Positions 10,124 through 20,189 of a stretch of DNA of 64,000 bases are shown here, in pieces. Made by a program: the position numbers and the translations under genes. The DNA comes from an uncultured Pseudomonadales bacterium (GTDB taxonomy: Bacteria > Pseudomonadota > Gammaproteobacteria > Pseudomonadales > UBA7239). The DNA is taken from NCBI GenBank assembly GCA_964509075.1, contig CAZDWC010000002.1:320638-384637 (forward strand). Reading direction: 5' to 3'. The notes under the pieces are model-generated. The model was not told the origin of the DNA, made no database searches, and worked only from the letters and a program-made list of their open reading frames with translations. Each line of letters begins with the position of its first letter. Position 1 is the first letter of the stretch.

Positions 10124-10189
10124 TGCCGGCTGTAGTACGTAACTCCCCTCCTTTTCAAGGAGGGGTGCCCCACAGGGGCGGGGTGGTCG

Positions 10190-12559
10190 TCATTCCCCCT
10201 CCACCTCCGCCACAATCCGCGTCATCTTCAGCACACTGTCCGGGTTCAGGGCAATCGAACCGATGCCCTGCTGCACCAGCCAGCGCGTGATTTCAGGAAA
10301 ATCGCTGGGCGCCTGCCCGCAGATACCGATGTACTTGCCGTGCTTGCGGCAGGCAGCAATCGCCATGCCCATCAACACCGCCACCGCTGGATTGCGTTCA
10401 TCGAACTGCGGCAGTAACCCGGAATCGCGATCGACGCCCAACGTGAGCTGGGTCAGATCGTTGGAGCCAATGGAAAAGCCATCGCAGTATTCAAGGAATT
10501 GATCGGCCAGCAGTGCGTTGGCAGGAATTTCGCACATAAGAATCAAACGCAAACCATTCTGGCCACGAACCAGACCCTGTTCCGCCATAATCGCACTCAC
10601 CTTCTGCACTTCCTCCACCGTGCGCACAAACGGCAGCATGACTTCGAGATTGGTCAAACCCATCTCGTCGCGCACCTTTTTCAGCGCACGGCACTCCAGT
10701 GCAAAACATTCACGAAAACTCTCGGCGTAATAACGCGAGGCGCCGCGAAAACCGATCATCGGGTTTTCTTCCTGTGGCTCGAATTGCGCACCCCCCAACA
10801 ATTGCGCGTATTCGTTGGACTTGAAATCACTGGTGCGAACAATCACCGGCTTCGGGTAGAAAGCCGCAGCGAGCGTGGCAATACCTTCAGCAAGTTTCTC
10901 CACATAAAAATCGACAGGTGATGCGTAACCTCGCGTGTGCTCGCCGATTTCCTGCTGCAAAGCAACAGGCAATTGATCAAACGCCAGTAATGCGCGTGGA
11001 TGCACGCTGATGTGATTGCTGATGATGAACTCCATACGCGCCAATCCCACGCCGCTATTCGGCAATGCCGCCAATGCGAAGGCCTGGCCGGGATTGGCGG
11101 CAATCAGCATGATGTGCGTCTGCGTTGCCGGCAGCGCACCCATGTCGATCTGTTCGCGCACAAACGGCAACACACCGTCATACACCACGCCGCGCTCACC
11201 GTCAGCACAACTGACTGTCACCGACATGCCGCTTTGCAACACGTCCGTGGCACGACCGCATCCCACCACGGCCGGAATACCCAGCTCGCGCGCAATGATC
11301 GCCGCATGACAGGTGCGGCCGCCGCGATTAGTGACGATGGCACTAGCGGTTTTCATCACCGGCTCCCAGTCAGGATCCGTGATGTCCGCCACCAGCACAT
11401 CGCCGGGCTGTATGGATGACATTTCACTTTTATCTCGAATAACCCGCACCGGCCCTGCACCAATTCTCTGACCGATACTTTTGCCGGCAATCAGCAACCT
11501 GCCTTTCTGTTCGAGGCGATACACATCCTGCAACAACAGGTTGCGGCTGGCTTGCACGGTTTCCGGCCGCGCCTGGACGATAAACAATTGCTGCGTGATA
11601 CCGTCGCGCGCCCATTCGATATCCATCGCACAGCCGTAATGCTCTTCGATAATCAAAGCCTGCCTGGCGAGCGCAATCACTTCGTTATCACTGATACAAA
11701 AACGCTGTTGATCTTCAATACTCACCGCGTCATTGCGTGTGGCTTTGCCATGTTGATTGTCATAGACCATGCGCAAGGCCTTGGAGCCCAGCTGGCGCTT
11801 GAGAATGGAGCGAAAGCCAGCACGCAAGGTCGGTTTGTGCACCGTAAATTCATCCGGGTTCACTGCACCCTGCACCACATTTTCACCCAGGCCGTAGGCG
11901 GCCGTGATGCTGACCACGTCGCGAAAACCGCTTTCGGTATCCAATGTGAACATCACGCCGGATGCGCCGCAATCGGAACGCACCATTTTCTGCACGCCGA
12001 TGGAGAGCGCCACTTTCATGTGCGCAAATCCCTTGTGTACGCGATAGGAAATTGCCCTGTCGGTAAACAGCGAAGCAAACACCTGTTTGCAGGTAGCCAG
12101 CAACTGCTCCTTGCCGCGAATATTGAGATAGGTTTCCTGCTGGCCGGCAAAAGAAGCATCCGGCAAATCTTCGGCCGTAGCCGAACTGCGCACCGCAACA
12201 TCCGTATTCGCGCCGTACTGCTGTTCCAGCGCGGCATACGCTGCGGAGATCGCTGCCGCCAGATCCGGTGGCATCTCGCCTGCGAGGATCCAGTCGCGAA
12301 TCTCTCCCCCGGTTTGCTGCAGCGCAGATACATCCTGCATATTGATGCCGTGCAGTGCGCCGGCAATTTTTTCACGCAGCTTGTTGTGATCAACATAAAG
12401 CCAGTAAGCCTGCGCGGTGGTCGCAAAACCGTCCGGCACATGAACACCTTTTGGCGCAAGCTGGCTGACCATCTCGCCAAGCGATGCGTTCTTGCCGCCG
12501 ACGATGGCAACATCTCCACGTGACAGGCTGGCAAACGGGCGTATCAAACATTCATTCAT
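10190..12559 (-). CDS. ppsA: Phosphoenolpyruvate synthase
   Basis: 789 aa. N-terminal [14 protein letters not shown]-grasp start, phosphohistidine region [25 protein letters not shown]-terminal PEP-utilising domain. Confidence 0.97.
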   Translation of the reverse strand: MNECLIRPFASLSRGDVAIVGGKNASLGEMVSQLAPKGVHVPDGFATTAQAYWLYVDHNKLREKIAGALHGINMQDVSALQQTGGEIRDWILAGEMPPDLAAAISAAYAALEQQYGANTDVAVRSSATAEDLPDASFAGQQETYLNIRGKEQLLATCKQVFASLFTDRAISYRVHKGFAHMKVALSIGVQKMVRSDCGASGVMFTLDTESGFRDVVSITAAYGLGENVVQGAVNPDEFTVHKPTLRAGFRSILKRQLGSKALRMVYDNQHGKATRNDAVSIEDQQRFCISDNEVIALARQALIIEEHYGCAMDIEWARDGITQQLFIVQARPETVQASRNLLLQDVYRLEQKGRLLIAGKSIGQRIGAGPVRVIRDKSEMSSIQPGDVLVADITDPDWEPVMKTASAIVTNRGGRTCHAAIIARELGIPAVVGCGRATDVLQSGMSVTVSCADGERGVVYDGVLPFVREQIDMGALPATQTHIMLIAANPGQAFALAALPNSGVGLARMEFIISNHISVHPRALLAFDQLPVALQQEIGEHTRGYASPVDFYVEKLAEGIATLAAAFYPKPVIVRTSDFKSNEYAQLLGGAQFEPQEENPMIGFRGASRYYAESFRECFALECRALKKVRDEMGLTNLEVMLPFVRTVEEVQKVSAIMAEQGLVRGQNGLRLILMCEIPANALLADQFLEYCDGFSIGSNDLTQLTLGVDRDSGLLPQFDERNPAVAVLMGMAIAACRKHGKYIGICGQAPSDFPEITRWLVQQGIGSIALNPDSVLKMTRIVAEVEGE

Positions 12560-12623
12560 GACGCACTCTCAATGAACCACCAGAAAAACCGGCAGGAAGA
12601 CAAACACTATAGCGACTTGAGGC

Positions 12624-12638
12624 TGGCACGCACATTAC
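12624..12638 (+). promoter_or_regulatory. Sigma-54-like -24/-12 element with a defective -12 (TGGCACGcacaTTAC versus consensus TGGCACG-N4-TTGC)
   Basis: Seen about 60 nt upstream of the 12699 start. Perfect -24 half and correct spacing, but the -12 GC reads AC. No enhancer-binding-protein gene nearby. Confidence 0.25.
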
Positions 12639-12698
12639 AGAGCAGCCTGTACCAATGCCGAGTATTGATTTTCCCTCCTTTCGTATTACATTGCGAAC

Positions 12699-13814
12699 AT
12701 GAAAGCTTCACAACAAACAAGATTCACTCTGGATAGCTGGCTGCCGGAATACTTCCGCAACACGGAAGACCAGTGGAAAGCCGTGCAGGCTCGCGTACTG
12801 ACATTGCTGCTGCTGTTGTATGGCGTCGGCTTTATACCGGTGTCGATAGCCGCAGTACTCTGCAACGTCTACGGGATTCTCGATACCAGAGCGCCGGCGA
12901 TCATCAGCGCCGCCGGCTCACTGGCCGGCATTGCCGCGCTGCTGAACTTCAGGCGCACGGCCAATCTTCAACAGGCCAGTCGCCTCTACGCCTGGATGGC
13001 ACTGGCCATGGTGCTGGCGGTGATTGTTTACACTGGCGGCTGGCAATCGCCCGTGTGCATGTTTTTCCTGACGCTGCCGATCATCGCCGGTTTCGCAATG
13101 GATCAGAAATCGCGGTTGTTCTATGCCGCCGTAGTCTGTCTGCTGTACACCGCGCTGTTCCTGCTACATCGCAGTGGACATGATTTTTTCCAGTTGATAC
13201 CGCAACCCTACTGGCAAACTGCGCAGGCACTTGTCTGGACGCTGGCGCTGCTGTCGATTGCCTCCTGCCTGGCCCTGTTTGATCTCTCCGAAAACCGGCT
13301 TTCAGCCATGCTGGCCCGCGACAGGGCAGATCTGGAACGCCGCGCCAACGAAGACGATCTGACTGGAGCACTGAATGACCAGGCCCTGATCGCCTACATG
13401 ATGCAGCAGGCGACAGATACACACTCCGGCATTCCGCAACGCGTCATCTATGTCATCGTCAATAACCACCGCGACATCGCACAGTTTTTCGGCAATGAGA
13501 CTGCAGATGCATTCCTGGCAGAAACGGCAGCGCGCTTGCGCCAACTGTTAAGTGATGGCGCAGCACTCGGGCGTTATGCAGTCAATGAGTTCGTTATCTA
13601 TGTGCCTGGCAACATGAATCACAACAGCTTTGTGCAACTGCAGCGCAAAATTGCTGCACTGCAGGCGAAAGCCATAGCTCCTGCCGATGGCAGTCGCTTC
13701 CTGCTGGATCTCGGTATCGGTGTTTTTTCATGTGCAGATGCAGATTTGTCGCCACAGGAGTTGACGGACCGCGCGCGCGCCACAATCGAGGAGCCACTGA
13801 CCAATGTCGATTGA
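12699..13814 (+). CDS. Six-TM membrane protein with degenerate (predicted inactive) GGDEF domain, paralog A
   Basis: 371 aa, about 6 hydrophobic helices. D-LTGALND start of a GGDEF fold, but the active-site position reads GRYAVNEF instead of RxGGDEF, and the metal-binding DxD and GHxxGD positions are replaced (VIVNN, GNETAD). Confidence 0.65.
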   Translation: MKASQQTRFTLDSWLPEYFRNTEDQWKAVQARVLTLLLLLYGVGFIPVSIAAVLCNVYGILDTRAPAIISAAGSLAGIAALLNFRRTANLQQASRLYAWMALAMVLAVIVYTGGWQSPVCMFFLTLPIIAGFAMDQKSRLFYAAVVCLLYTALFLLHRSGHDFFQLIPQPYWQTAQALVWTLALLSIASCLALFDLSENRLSAMLARDRADLERRANEDDLTGALNDQALIAYMMQQATDTHSGIPQRVIYVIVNNHRDIAQFFGNETADAFLAETAARLRQLLSDGAALGRYAVNEFVIYVPGNMNHNSFVQLQRKIAALQAKAIAPADGSRFLLDLGIGVFSCADADLSPQELTDRARATIEEPLTNVD

Positions 13815-14988
13815 TTTGTTCCGGATGCTGGACAGTTTTTTACCCGCAAGCCTTTTGTGCAGCGGCGACCAGACCCGCCTGATGAAAGGCAGGGTGCTCG
13901 CCTTCCTCAGTCTCATTTACCTTGTTTCACTGGGCTCCCTGATTGTCATATTCACCATACTGGGATTGCTGGGCATTTTCAGCCTCTGGGGCGCTGTTTT
14001 GACTTCCTCTCTGTCATGCGGCCTGTACGCCTATCAACTGTGGTATTTCAAACACGGCGGCGATGCAGAACGCGCAGCCAATATCGGCATGTTCACCATG
14101 GTGACAGCGACAAGCGCGTGTGTGTTTTTCACCGGCGGCTGGACATCCCCGGTGATGATGATCCTGCTGTGCATGCCTACCTGCGCCTTCCTCATGGAAG
14201 GCAAGAAAACCGGCCTGTCATGGTCTGCCGTAGTGGCGATCATTGGCGTTTTTTTCCTGATCCTGCACATTCAAGCTATCACTCTACCCAACCTCATTGA
14301 CGCAGCCCTGCAGGACTACCTCGCTTACAGTTCATGGCTGTATGGTTTCATGATTATCGCCAGCGGCATGGCGTTCTATGGCAACCTGACCAGAACCATC
14401 AATCAGGCAGCCAATGCAGAACGCCAGCGATCAAAAACGCGCGCAACCTACGATTCACTGACAGGTGCTTTTTCGCGGCAGGCTTTTCAACAGCAGCTTC
14501 CACACTGGCTTGAGGATTGCCAGAAAAGTGGCAGGCAACTGTTGTTTGTTGAAATGGATCTTGAGGTTGCGCACAGCCTGCATCGTGAGCAGCTGGAGGA
14601 GCTCTTGGTCAGATGCACAAACACCTTGCAATCGCTGTTTGACAAGAAGCTGCTGCTGTCGCGCAACAGCGGTACCTGTTTTCAGGCGTTGCTACCGGAT
14701 GTTGGCGACAACAGCAGTGCGAGAACCATGCTGGACACCCTACACAGCAAACTGATGGCACTGTGTGTGGCAGACAAGATCCAGATCAACATGGGCGCTG
14801 TCATGGTACCTGGTTACACGGAAAACCGTGCGCTGATGCTGAAAACCGCGCGCAAGGCCATTCAGGATGCCAGGATGCAAAAAACCGCCTGGATTCTGTT
14901 TACGGAAGCCGAGCGCCCGGATGCCCGCCATCGGGACAGTGTGCAACTGACACGCTACTGCTATAACGAAATCATCAAGCCGGCCTGA
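13804..14988 (+). CDS. Six-TM membrane protein with degenerate GGDEF domain, paralog B
   Basis: 394 aa. Overlaps paralog A by 11 nt. Shares LDSxLP N-terminus and (F/Y)TGGWxSPV membrane motif with A. DSLTGAFSR start of the GGDEF fold, but the active-site position reads SRNSGTCF. Confidence 0.65.
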   Translation: MSIDLFRMLDSFLPASLLCSGDQTRLMKGRVLAFLSLIYLVSLGSLIVIFTILGLLGIFSLWGAVLTSSLSCGLYAYQLWYFKHGGDAERAANIGMFTMVTATSACVFFTGGWTSPVMMILLCMPTCAFLMEGKKTGLSWSAVVAIIGVFFLILHIQAITLPNLIDAALQDYLAYSSWLYGFMIIASGMAFYGNLTRTINQAANAERQRSKTRATYDSLTGAFSRQAFQQQLPHWLEDCQKSGRQLLFVEMDLEVAHSLHREQLEELLVRCTNTLQSLFDKKLLLSRNSGTCFQALLPDVGDNSSARTMLDTLHSKLMALCVADKIQINMGAVMVPGYTENRALMLKTARKAIQDARMQKTAWILFTEAERPDARHRDSVQLTRYCYNEIIKPA

Positions 14989-14995
14989 TGGGCGG

Positions 14996-15850
14996 CTATT
15001 CCTGCATTTCACCATCAATACACGCAGCTGGCACTTGAAAGCTGCGTTTGCGATTGACCAGCGGACACAGATATTCCACACGAAAAGCTTGCAGCGCCAT
15101 ACAGTTGCTGCCATCAGGCCTGCCGTAGCGGGCATCTCCCATCACCGGGTGCCCGAGTTGCGCCAGATGCCGGCGAATCTGGTGCTTGCGACCGGTATCA
15201 ATATGCACCTGCACATGGGTTTGTTGATTGCCTGCGTCGTACACCGCACTGTCTATCCAGGTCACGGCGTGCTTGCCATCAATGTCAGCGTCGATTTTGA
15301 AAGGCAATGCTGGCAGTTTTAATTCACCCTGCACGCTGGCGCGATAATGTTTTTCAATTTTGTTTTTCTGAAACAAATCGGACAGCGCAGCAGCGGCGCG
15401 TTCGGTGTGTGCTACCAGCATCAAGCCGCTGGCCTCGCGATCCAGCCTGTGTACCAGAAAAGTCTTGCGATTGACGAGCTGCTCCACCACGCGCAACAAC
15501 GAGCAGTGATCTCCCTGTTTCGATCCCTGCGACAACAAGCCTGCCGGCTTGAACCAGACTGAATAACTGCGTTCGTCGGCAATTTTGGTCGGCATGACGG
15601 GAGCGAGCGCAAGAATATCGGCATCGAAATAGATATGTAGCGTACTGCCTGCGGACAGCTCACGCGTGGCGCGACGCAAGCGTTCCTGCTTCTTGCCTGT
15701 TTGCAACCACACCGCACCATTGGCCATGGCTTTTTTCAATTGCATACGCGACAACGGCGTATTTTCAGCCAACCAGTCGATGGCGCGCTTGCCATTAGCG
15801 GTGACTGCCACACTGCCTTCATACGATTTCACTGCGTTGTTTTCTGTCAT
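14996..15850 (-). CDS. RluA-family RNA pseudouridine synthase with N-terminal S4-like domain
   Basis: 284 aa. Catalytic HRLDREASG motif and C-terminal GRKHQIRRHLA motif. Confidence 0.85.
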   Translation of the reverse strand: MTENNAVKSYEGSVAVTANGKRAIDWLAENTPLSRMQLKKAMANGAVWLQTGKKQERLRRATRELSAGSTLHIYFDADILALAPVMPTKIADERSYSVWFKPAGLLSQGSKQGDHCSLLRVVEQLVNRKTFLVHRLDREASGLMLVAHTERAAAALSDLFQKNKIEKHYRASVQGELKLPALPFKIDADIDGKHAVTWIDSAVYDAGNQQTHVQVHIDTGRKHQIRRHLAQLGHPVMGDARYGRPDGSNCMALQAFRVEYLCPLVNRKRSFQVPAACIDGEMQE

Positions 15851-15860
15851 CTATGGAAAC

Positions 15861-16901
15861 TCAGGCATTCAGGCTGGCGAGAATATGGCGGTAGCTGGCC
15901 AACCTCTCGGGAAATACATCACCTGCCGCTTCTGCTGCCAGCAGCGCGCAGCCAGGTTCATGTTCGTGGCGACAATCGCGAAACTTGCAGCTCTCGGCAT
16001 AGGCGCGCAGATCGACAAAATGCGACAGCAGTTGCTGCGCCGGCACATGCTGCAGGGTAAATTCACGGATACCGGGTGAATCAATCAAGGCGCCGCCATT
16101 CGGCAAGTGATACAGACGCGCGGTAGTTGTCGTGTGCTTACCTTTTTCCACCACGACAGACAGCTCACCTGTGGCAATCTCCACATCGGGCAACAGCGCA
16201 TGAATAAAAGACGATTTACCAACGCCCGACTGTCCGACCACCACCGCTGTTTTGTCACATAAATAATCCGCCACAGCAGCGACACCTTCGCCCAGCTGTG
16301 AAGACACGCAGAACACCGGATAACCGATACTGCGATAGATGGACAACAGATGTTCGATGTCGGCGCGATTGTCGTCATCCAGCAAATCCGTTTTGTTGCA
16401 GAGAATCACCGGCGCAATGCCATGCATATCAGCAGCAACCAGATAGCGATCAATCAGAAAAGGAAAGGGTTGCGGGCGCGGCGCCAGCGTGATCAGCATC
16501 GCATCCACATTCGCCGCCACCGGGCGCAACAGGCCACGGCTGTCGGGCCGCGACAGCAAGGTGCGACGCTCGCAGCCGGCAATCACGACGGCAAAATCGG
16601 GGTCAGAGTCAAAAGCGCTTGCGCGAGACTCTGTCCCCGATTTTGCCAATCGCACAATGACATGATCACCCGTCACCAGCGGCTCAAGATTGGCGCGCAG
16701 AAAACAGCGCACCACGCGTGAGGCATCATCCAGCAATTCCACATCCAGCTGGCGACCGTAATGGGCAATCACCAGGGCTTCGCAAGTTTCACCCAACTGC
16801 GTTTCATCCACATCCGTCAGCACTTCCTGCACAGCCTCGCGTTTGCGCGCCTGATGGCCGGCGATACGGCGGCGTTGCTGGTCGGTGAGACGTCTTGCCA
16901 T
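15861..16901 (-). CDS. rsgA: Ribosome small subunit-dependent GTPase A
   Basis: 346 aa. Circularly permuted GTPase (NKTDLL ... GQSGVGKSS) and C-terminal zinc knuckle CKFRDCRHEHEPGC. Divergent from orn, as is common in Gammaproteobacteria. Confidence 0.93.
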   Translation of the reverse strand: MARRLTDQQRRRIAGHQARKREAVQEVLTDVDETQLGETCEALVIAHYGRQLDVELLDDASRVVRCFLRANLEPLVTGDHVIVRLAKSGTESRASAFDSDPDFAVVIAGCERRTLLSRPDSRGLLRPVAANVDAMLITLAPRPQPFPFLIDRYLVAADMHGIAPVILCNKTDLLDDDNRADIEHLLSIYRSIGYPVFCVSSQLGEGVAAVADYLCDKTAVVVGQSGVGKSSFIHALLPDVEIATGELSVVVEKGKHTTTTARLYHLPNGGALIDSPGIREFTLQHVPAQQLLSHFVDLRAYAESCKFRDCRHEHEPGCALLAAEAAGDVFPERLASYRHILASLNA

Positions 16902-16967
16902 GGGGCGGCTTCACTTCGGGGGGATAAGCGGTAAGAATGGCGCACACCTTAGCAAGAGACAGACAAG

Positions 16968-17522
16968 ATGCAAGCTGCAAACGCCAGCAAGGACAACCTG
17001 ATCTGGATTGATCTGGAAATGACAGGGCTGAATCCCGACACCGATGTGATTATCGAAATCGCCACCATCGTCACCGACAGCCAGCTGAACATTCTCGCCG
17101 AAGGCCCGATGCTGGCCGTGCAACGCAGCCAGACGGTCATGGATAGCATGGATGAATGGAATACGCGCCAGCACGGTAACAGCGGCCTCACTGCACGCGT
17201 ATTGGCCAGTACCGTAAGCGAAGCGAAAGCAGAGCGCCAGACCATCGCGTTTCTGGAACAGTGGGTGCCGAAAGGTGCATCGCCGATGTGCGGCAACAGC
17301 ATCTGCCAGGATCGCCGCTTCCTGTGGCGCGGCATGCCGCAACTGGAAGCCTATTTTCATTATCGCAATCTGGATGTCAGCACGGTCAAGGAACTGGCAA
17401 AACGCTGGCGTCCGGAAATTGCCGACGGCGTGAAAAAACAGAGTTCGCATCTTGCGCTGGATGATATTCGCGATTCCATCGCCGAATTACAGCACTATCG
17501 CAAATTTTTCTTTATCACCTGA
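16968..17522 (+). CDS. orn: Oligoribonuclease
   Basis: 184 aa. [16 protein letters not shown] exonuclease motif and [12 protein letters not shown]-terminal motif. Confidence 0.95.
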   Translation: MQAANASKDNLIWIDLEMTGLNPDTDVIIEIATIVTDSQLNILAEGPMLAVQRSQTVMDSMDEWNTRQHGNSGLTARVLASTVSEAKAERQTIAFLEQWVPKGASPMCGNSICQDRRFLWRGMPQLEAYFHYRNLDVSTVKELAKRWRPEIADGVKKQSSHLALDDIRDSIAELQHYRKFFFIT

Positions 17523-17544
17523 TCACCCCAAGAGGAATGCCTGC

Positions 17545-18501
17545 ATGCGCACACTCGGGAACACCAACATCAAGATCAGCGCACTGGGTCTCGGAACCTG
17601 GCAGTTCTCCAACGGCGGCAACTTTGTCGGCGGTTACTGGGACGCCCTGCCAGCTGAAAAAATGCGCGACATTGTGGCGGCTGCACTCGACAACGGCATC
17701 ACCTGGTTTGATACCGCACAGATGTATGGCAACGGCACATCGGAACGCAATCTGGCGCGCGCACTGCTGGATGCCGGCAAGCAACCGGACGACGCGGTGA
17801 TTGCCAGCAAATGGTGGCCGGTGCTGAAAACTGCCAATAATTTGCGCAACACGATTGATGAACGCATCGCCTGCTTGCAACCGTTTGCCATTGACCTGCA
17901 CCAGGTGCATCAACCGCTGTCGATTTCTTCCGTGGTAAAACAGATGCATGCAATGGCTGATTTGCTAGATGCCGGCAAAATCCGCTCTGCGGGCATCAGC
18001 AACTTCACCGCAAAGGCAATGGCCAAAGCCGACGATGTATTGCGCACACGCGGTTATTCACTCGCCTCCAATCAGGTGCGCTACAACCTGATGGCGCGCC
18101 AGATCGAACGCAACGGCGTGTTGCAGGAAGCGAAGGATCGCGGCATTACCATCATCGCCTGGTCCCCGCTGGAACAGGGCATGTTGAGCGGGCGTTTTCA
18201 CAGCGACCCCACCAGCATTCAAAAATTGCCGTGGATGCGCCGGCAGACCATCAGCCTGCAGAAAAGTCGCTTCGAGAAAAGCCGCTCACTGATTGAAAGC
18301 CTGCAACGTATAGCAACTGCGCATAATGCCTCACCCACGCAGGTGGCACTGAGCTGGCTGATTCATGCACACGGCGACACCGTAGTGGCGATTCCCGGCG
18401 CGAGCTCGGTAGCGCAAGTGCAACAAAATGCCGGTGCACTCACCTTGAAGCTCAGCGATACCGAGCGCAATGAAATTGACGAAAAATCTGCGATGTTTTG
18501 A
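17545..18501 (+). CDS. Aldo/keto reductase family oxidoreductase
   Basis: Start at internal Met (MRTLGNTNIKISALGLGTWQF) with upstream AAGAGG. The ORF-track extension from 17452 overlaps orn. Typical AKR motifs (DTAQMYGNG, GISNF). Confidence 0.88.
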   Translation: MRTLGNTNIKISALGLGTWQFSNGGNFVGGYWDALPAEKMRDIVAAALDNGITWFDTAQMYGNGTSERNLARALLDAGKQPDDAVIASKWWPVLKTANNLRNTIDERIACLQPFAIDLHQVHQPLSISSVVKQMHAMADLLDAGKIRSAGISNFTAKAMAKADDVLRTRGYSLASNQVRYNLMARQIERNGVLQEAKDRGITIIAWSPLEQGMLSGRFHSDPTSIQKLPWMRRQTISLQKSRFEKSRSLIESLQRIATAHNASPTQVALSWLIHAHGDTVVAIPGASSVAQVQQNAGALTLKLSDTERNEIDEKSAMF

Positions 18502-18593
18502 GAGGCATAAGGTAACCCCGGCGCTTGCATTGCAATGTCTGCGCCGTCTGCCGCTATAATCGCCGCCCTCACCTGCCCAGCCAGTAGCCTTTT

Positions 18594-20189
18594 ATGAGCT
18601 TCAAAGAAGACATCGACCTGCGCCGCACCTTCGCGATCATCTCGCACCCGGATGCTGGTAAAACCACTATCACCGAAAAACTGTTGCTGTTCGGACAGGC
18701 GATCCAGATCGCCGGATCGGTAAAGGGCAAGAAAGGTGATCGCCACGCGACGTCTGACTGGATGAGTATGGAGCAGGAGCGCGGCATATCCGTTACGTCA
18801 TCGGTGATGCAGTTTCCCTACAAGGGCCGCACGGTCAATCTGCTGGATACGCCCGGCCACGAAGACTTCTCTGAAGATACCTATCGCACACTCACCGCGG
18901 TCGATTCTGTATTGATGGTGATTGACGGCGCCAAAGGTGTGGAAGACCGCACCATCAAACTGATGGATGTCTGCCGGCTGCGCGATACACCGATACTCAC
19001 TTTCGTCAACAAGATGGATCGCGATGTGCGCGACCCGATGGAAGTGCTGGACGAAGTCGAAAGCGTGTTGCATATCAAGGTGGCGCCGATCAACTGGCCG
19101 CTGGGCATGGGCAAGGAATTCAAGGGTGTCTATAACCTCTATACCGATACCGTACACGTCTACAAGCAGGGTTTCGGTCACACCATCCCTGATGATGTCC
19201 AGATCAAAGGCATCGACAGCGACGAGTTTTCCGCGTTGTTAGGCCCTTACGCCGACGATGTGCGCGCAGAAATTGATCTGGTGCGTGGTGCCGCGCACCC
19301 GTTTGATCTGGAGGAGTATCTCGCCGGCACGTTGACGCCGGCGTTTTTCGGTACAGCACTGGGTAACTTCGGCGTGCGTGAAATGTTGGACGGATTCGTC
19401 GAGTGGGCTCCGCTACCACTGGCACGCGAAGCAATGATGACCGACAAAAATGAAACCCGTATTGTCGATCCGCACGAGCCAAAGTTCACCGGCTTTGTAT
19501 TCAAGATCCAGGCGAACATGGATCCGAAACACCGCGACCGCATCGCCTTTATGCGCATCTGCTCCGGCCAGTACACGCAGGGCATGAAGATGCGCCATGT
19601 GCGCATTGATAAAGATATTCGCATCGCCGACGCCGTGACCTTCATGGCCGGCGAGCGCGTGCTGGTGGAAGAGGCGCTGGCCGGCGACATCATCGGTCTG
19701 CACAACCACGGCACCATCCAGATTGGCGATACATTCACCGACGGCGAAAACCTGCGCTTCACCGGCATTCCGCACTTCGCGCCGGAACTGTTTCGCCGCA
19801 TCCGCCTGAAAGACCCACTGAAAGCCAAACAGTTGCAGAAAGGTTTGCGCCAGTTATCGGAAGAAGGCTCGGTGCAGGTGTTCATGCCGCTCAACAACAA
19901 CGACCTGATCGTCGGCGCCGTCGGTGTGCTGCAGTTTGAAGTAGTGGCGTATCGCCTGAAAGACGAATACAAGGTGGAATGCATTTACGAAAACGTCAAT
20001 GTGTACACCGCGCGCTGGCTGTCGGCAAAAGATCCGCGCAAGCTGGAAGAATTCAAATCGAAAATCTCCGAAAACCTGGCTGTGGATGGCGGCGATCACC
20101 TCACCTACCTCGCACCGACCCGCGTGAATTTGAATCTCACGCAGGAGCGCTGGCCGGATATTGAATTCAGAGCAACACGGGAACACTAA
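18594..20189 (+). CDS. prfC: Peptide chain release factor 3
   Basis: 531 aa. [17 protein letters not shown]1 motif, [13 protein letters not shown]. Confidence 0.97.
   Translation: MSFKEDIDLRRTFAIISHPDAGKTTITEKLLLFGQAIQIAGSVKGKKGDRHATSDWMSMEQERGISVTSSVMQFPYKGRTVNLLDTPGHEDFSEDTYRTLTAVDSVLMVIDGAKGVEDRTIKLMDVCRLRDTPILTFVNKMDRDVRDPMEVLDEVESVLHIKVAPINWPLGMGKEFKGVYNLYTDTVHVYKQGFGHTIPDDVQIKGIDSDEFSALLGPYADDVRAEIDLVRGAAHPFDLEEYLAGTLTPAFFGTALGNFGVREMLDGFVEWAPLPLAREAMMTDKNETRIVDPHEPKFTGFVFKIQANMDPKHRDRIAFMRICSGQYTQGMKMRHVRIDKDIRIADAVTFMAGERVLVEEALAGDIIGLHNHGTIQIGDTFTDGENLRFTGIPHFAPELFRRIRLKDPLKAKQLQKGLRQLSEEGSVQVFMPLNNNDLIVGAVGVLQFEVVAYRLKDEYKVECIYENVNVYTARWLSAKDPRKLEEFKSKISENLAVDGGDHLTYLAPTRVNLNLTQERWPDIEFRATREH

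Noticed and set aside
10159-10186. Possible G-quadruplex (GGAGGGGTGCCCCACAGGGGCGGGGTGG)
   Set aside because: There are only three G4 runs plus short GG runs. The same bases are better explained by the two hairpins described above.
9968-10189. Expected cobalamin riboswitch in the leader of cobT-cobQ
   Set aside because: On the minus strand I could not find the conserved B12-box core or the GGGAA / GGTG..AA.CC elements. I saw only GC hairpins and an ACACTGCGCCCC..CCTGCC stretch with superficial resemblance. A cmsearch with Rfam RF00174 would settle it. A hit above the gathering threshold would overturn this rejection.
4661-17522. Apparent c-di-GMP theme (PilZ, YfiR-like, two degenerate GGDEFs, oligoribonuclease) as one system
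   Set aside because: The genes are dispersed among unrelated housekeeping operons (cob, ppsA, rsgA), on both strands, with their own boundaries. orn-rsgA is a conserved core pair. The clustering is more likely coincidental than a single locus.
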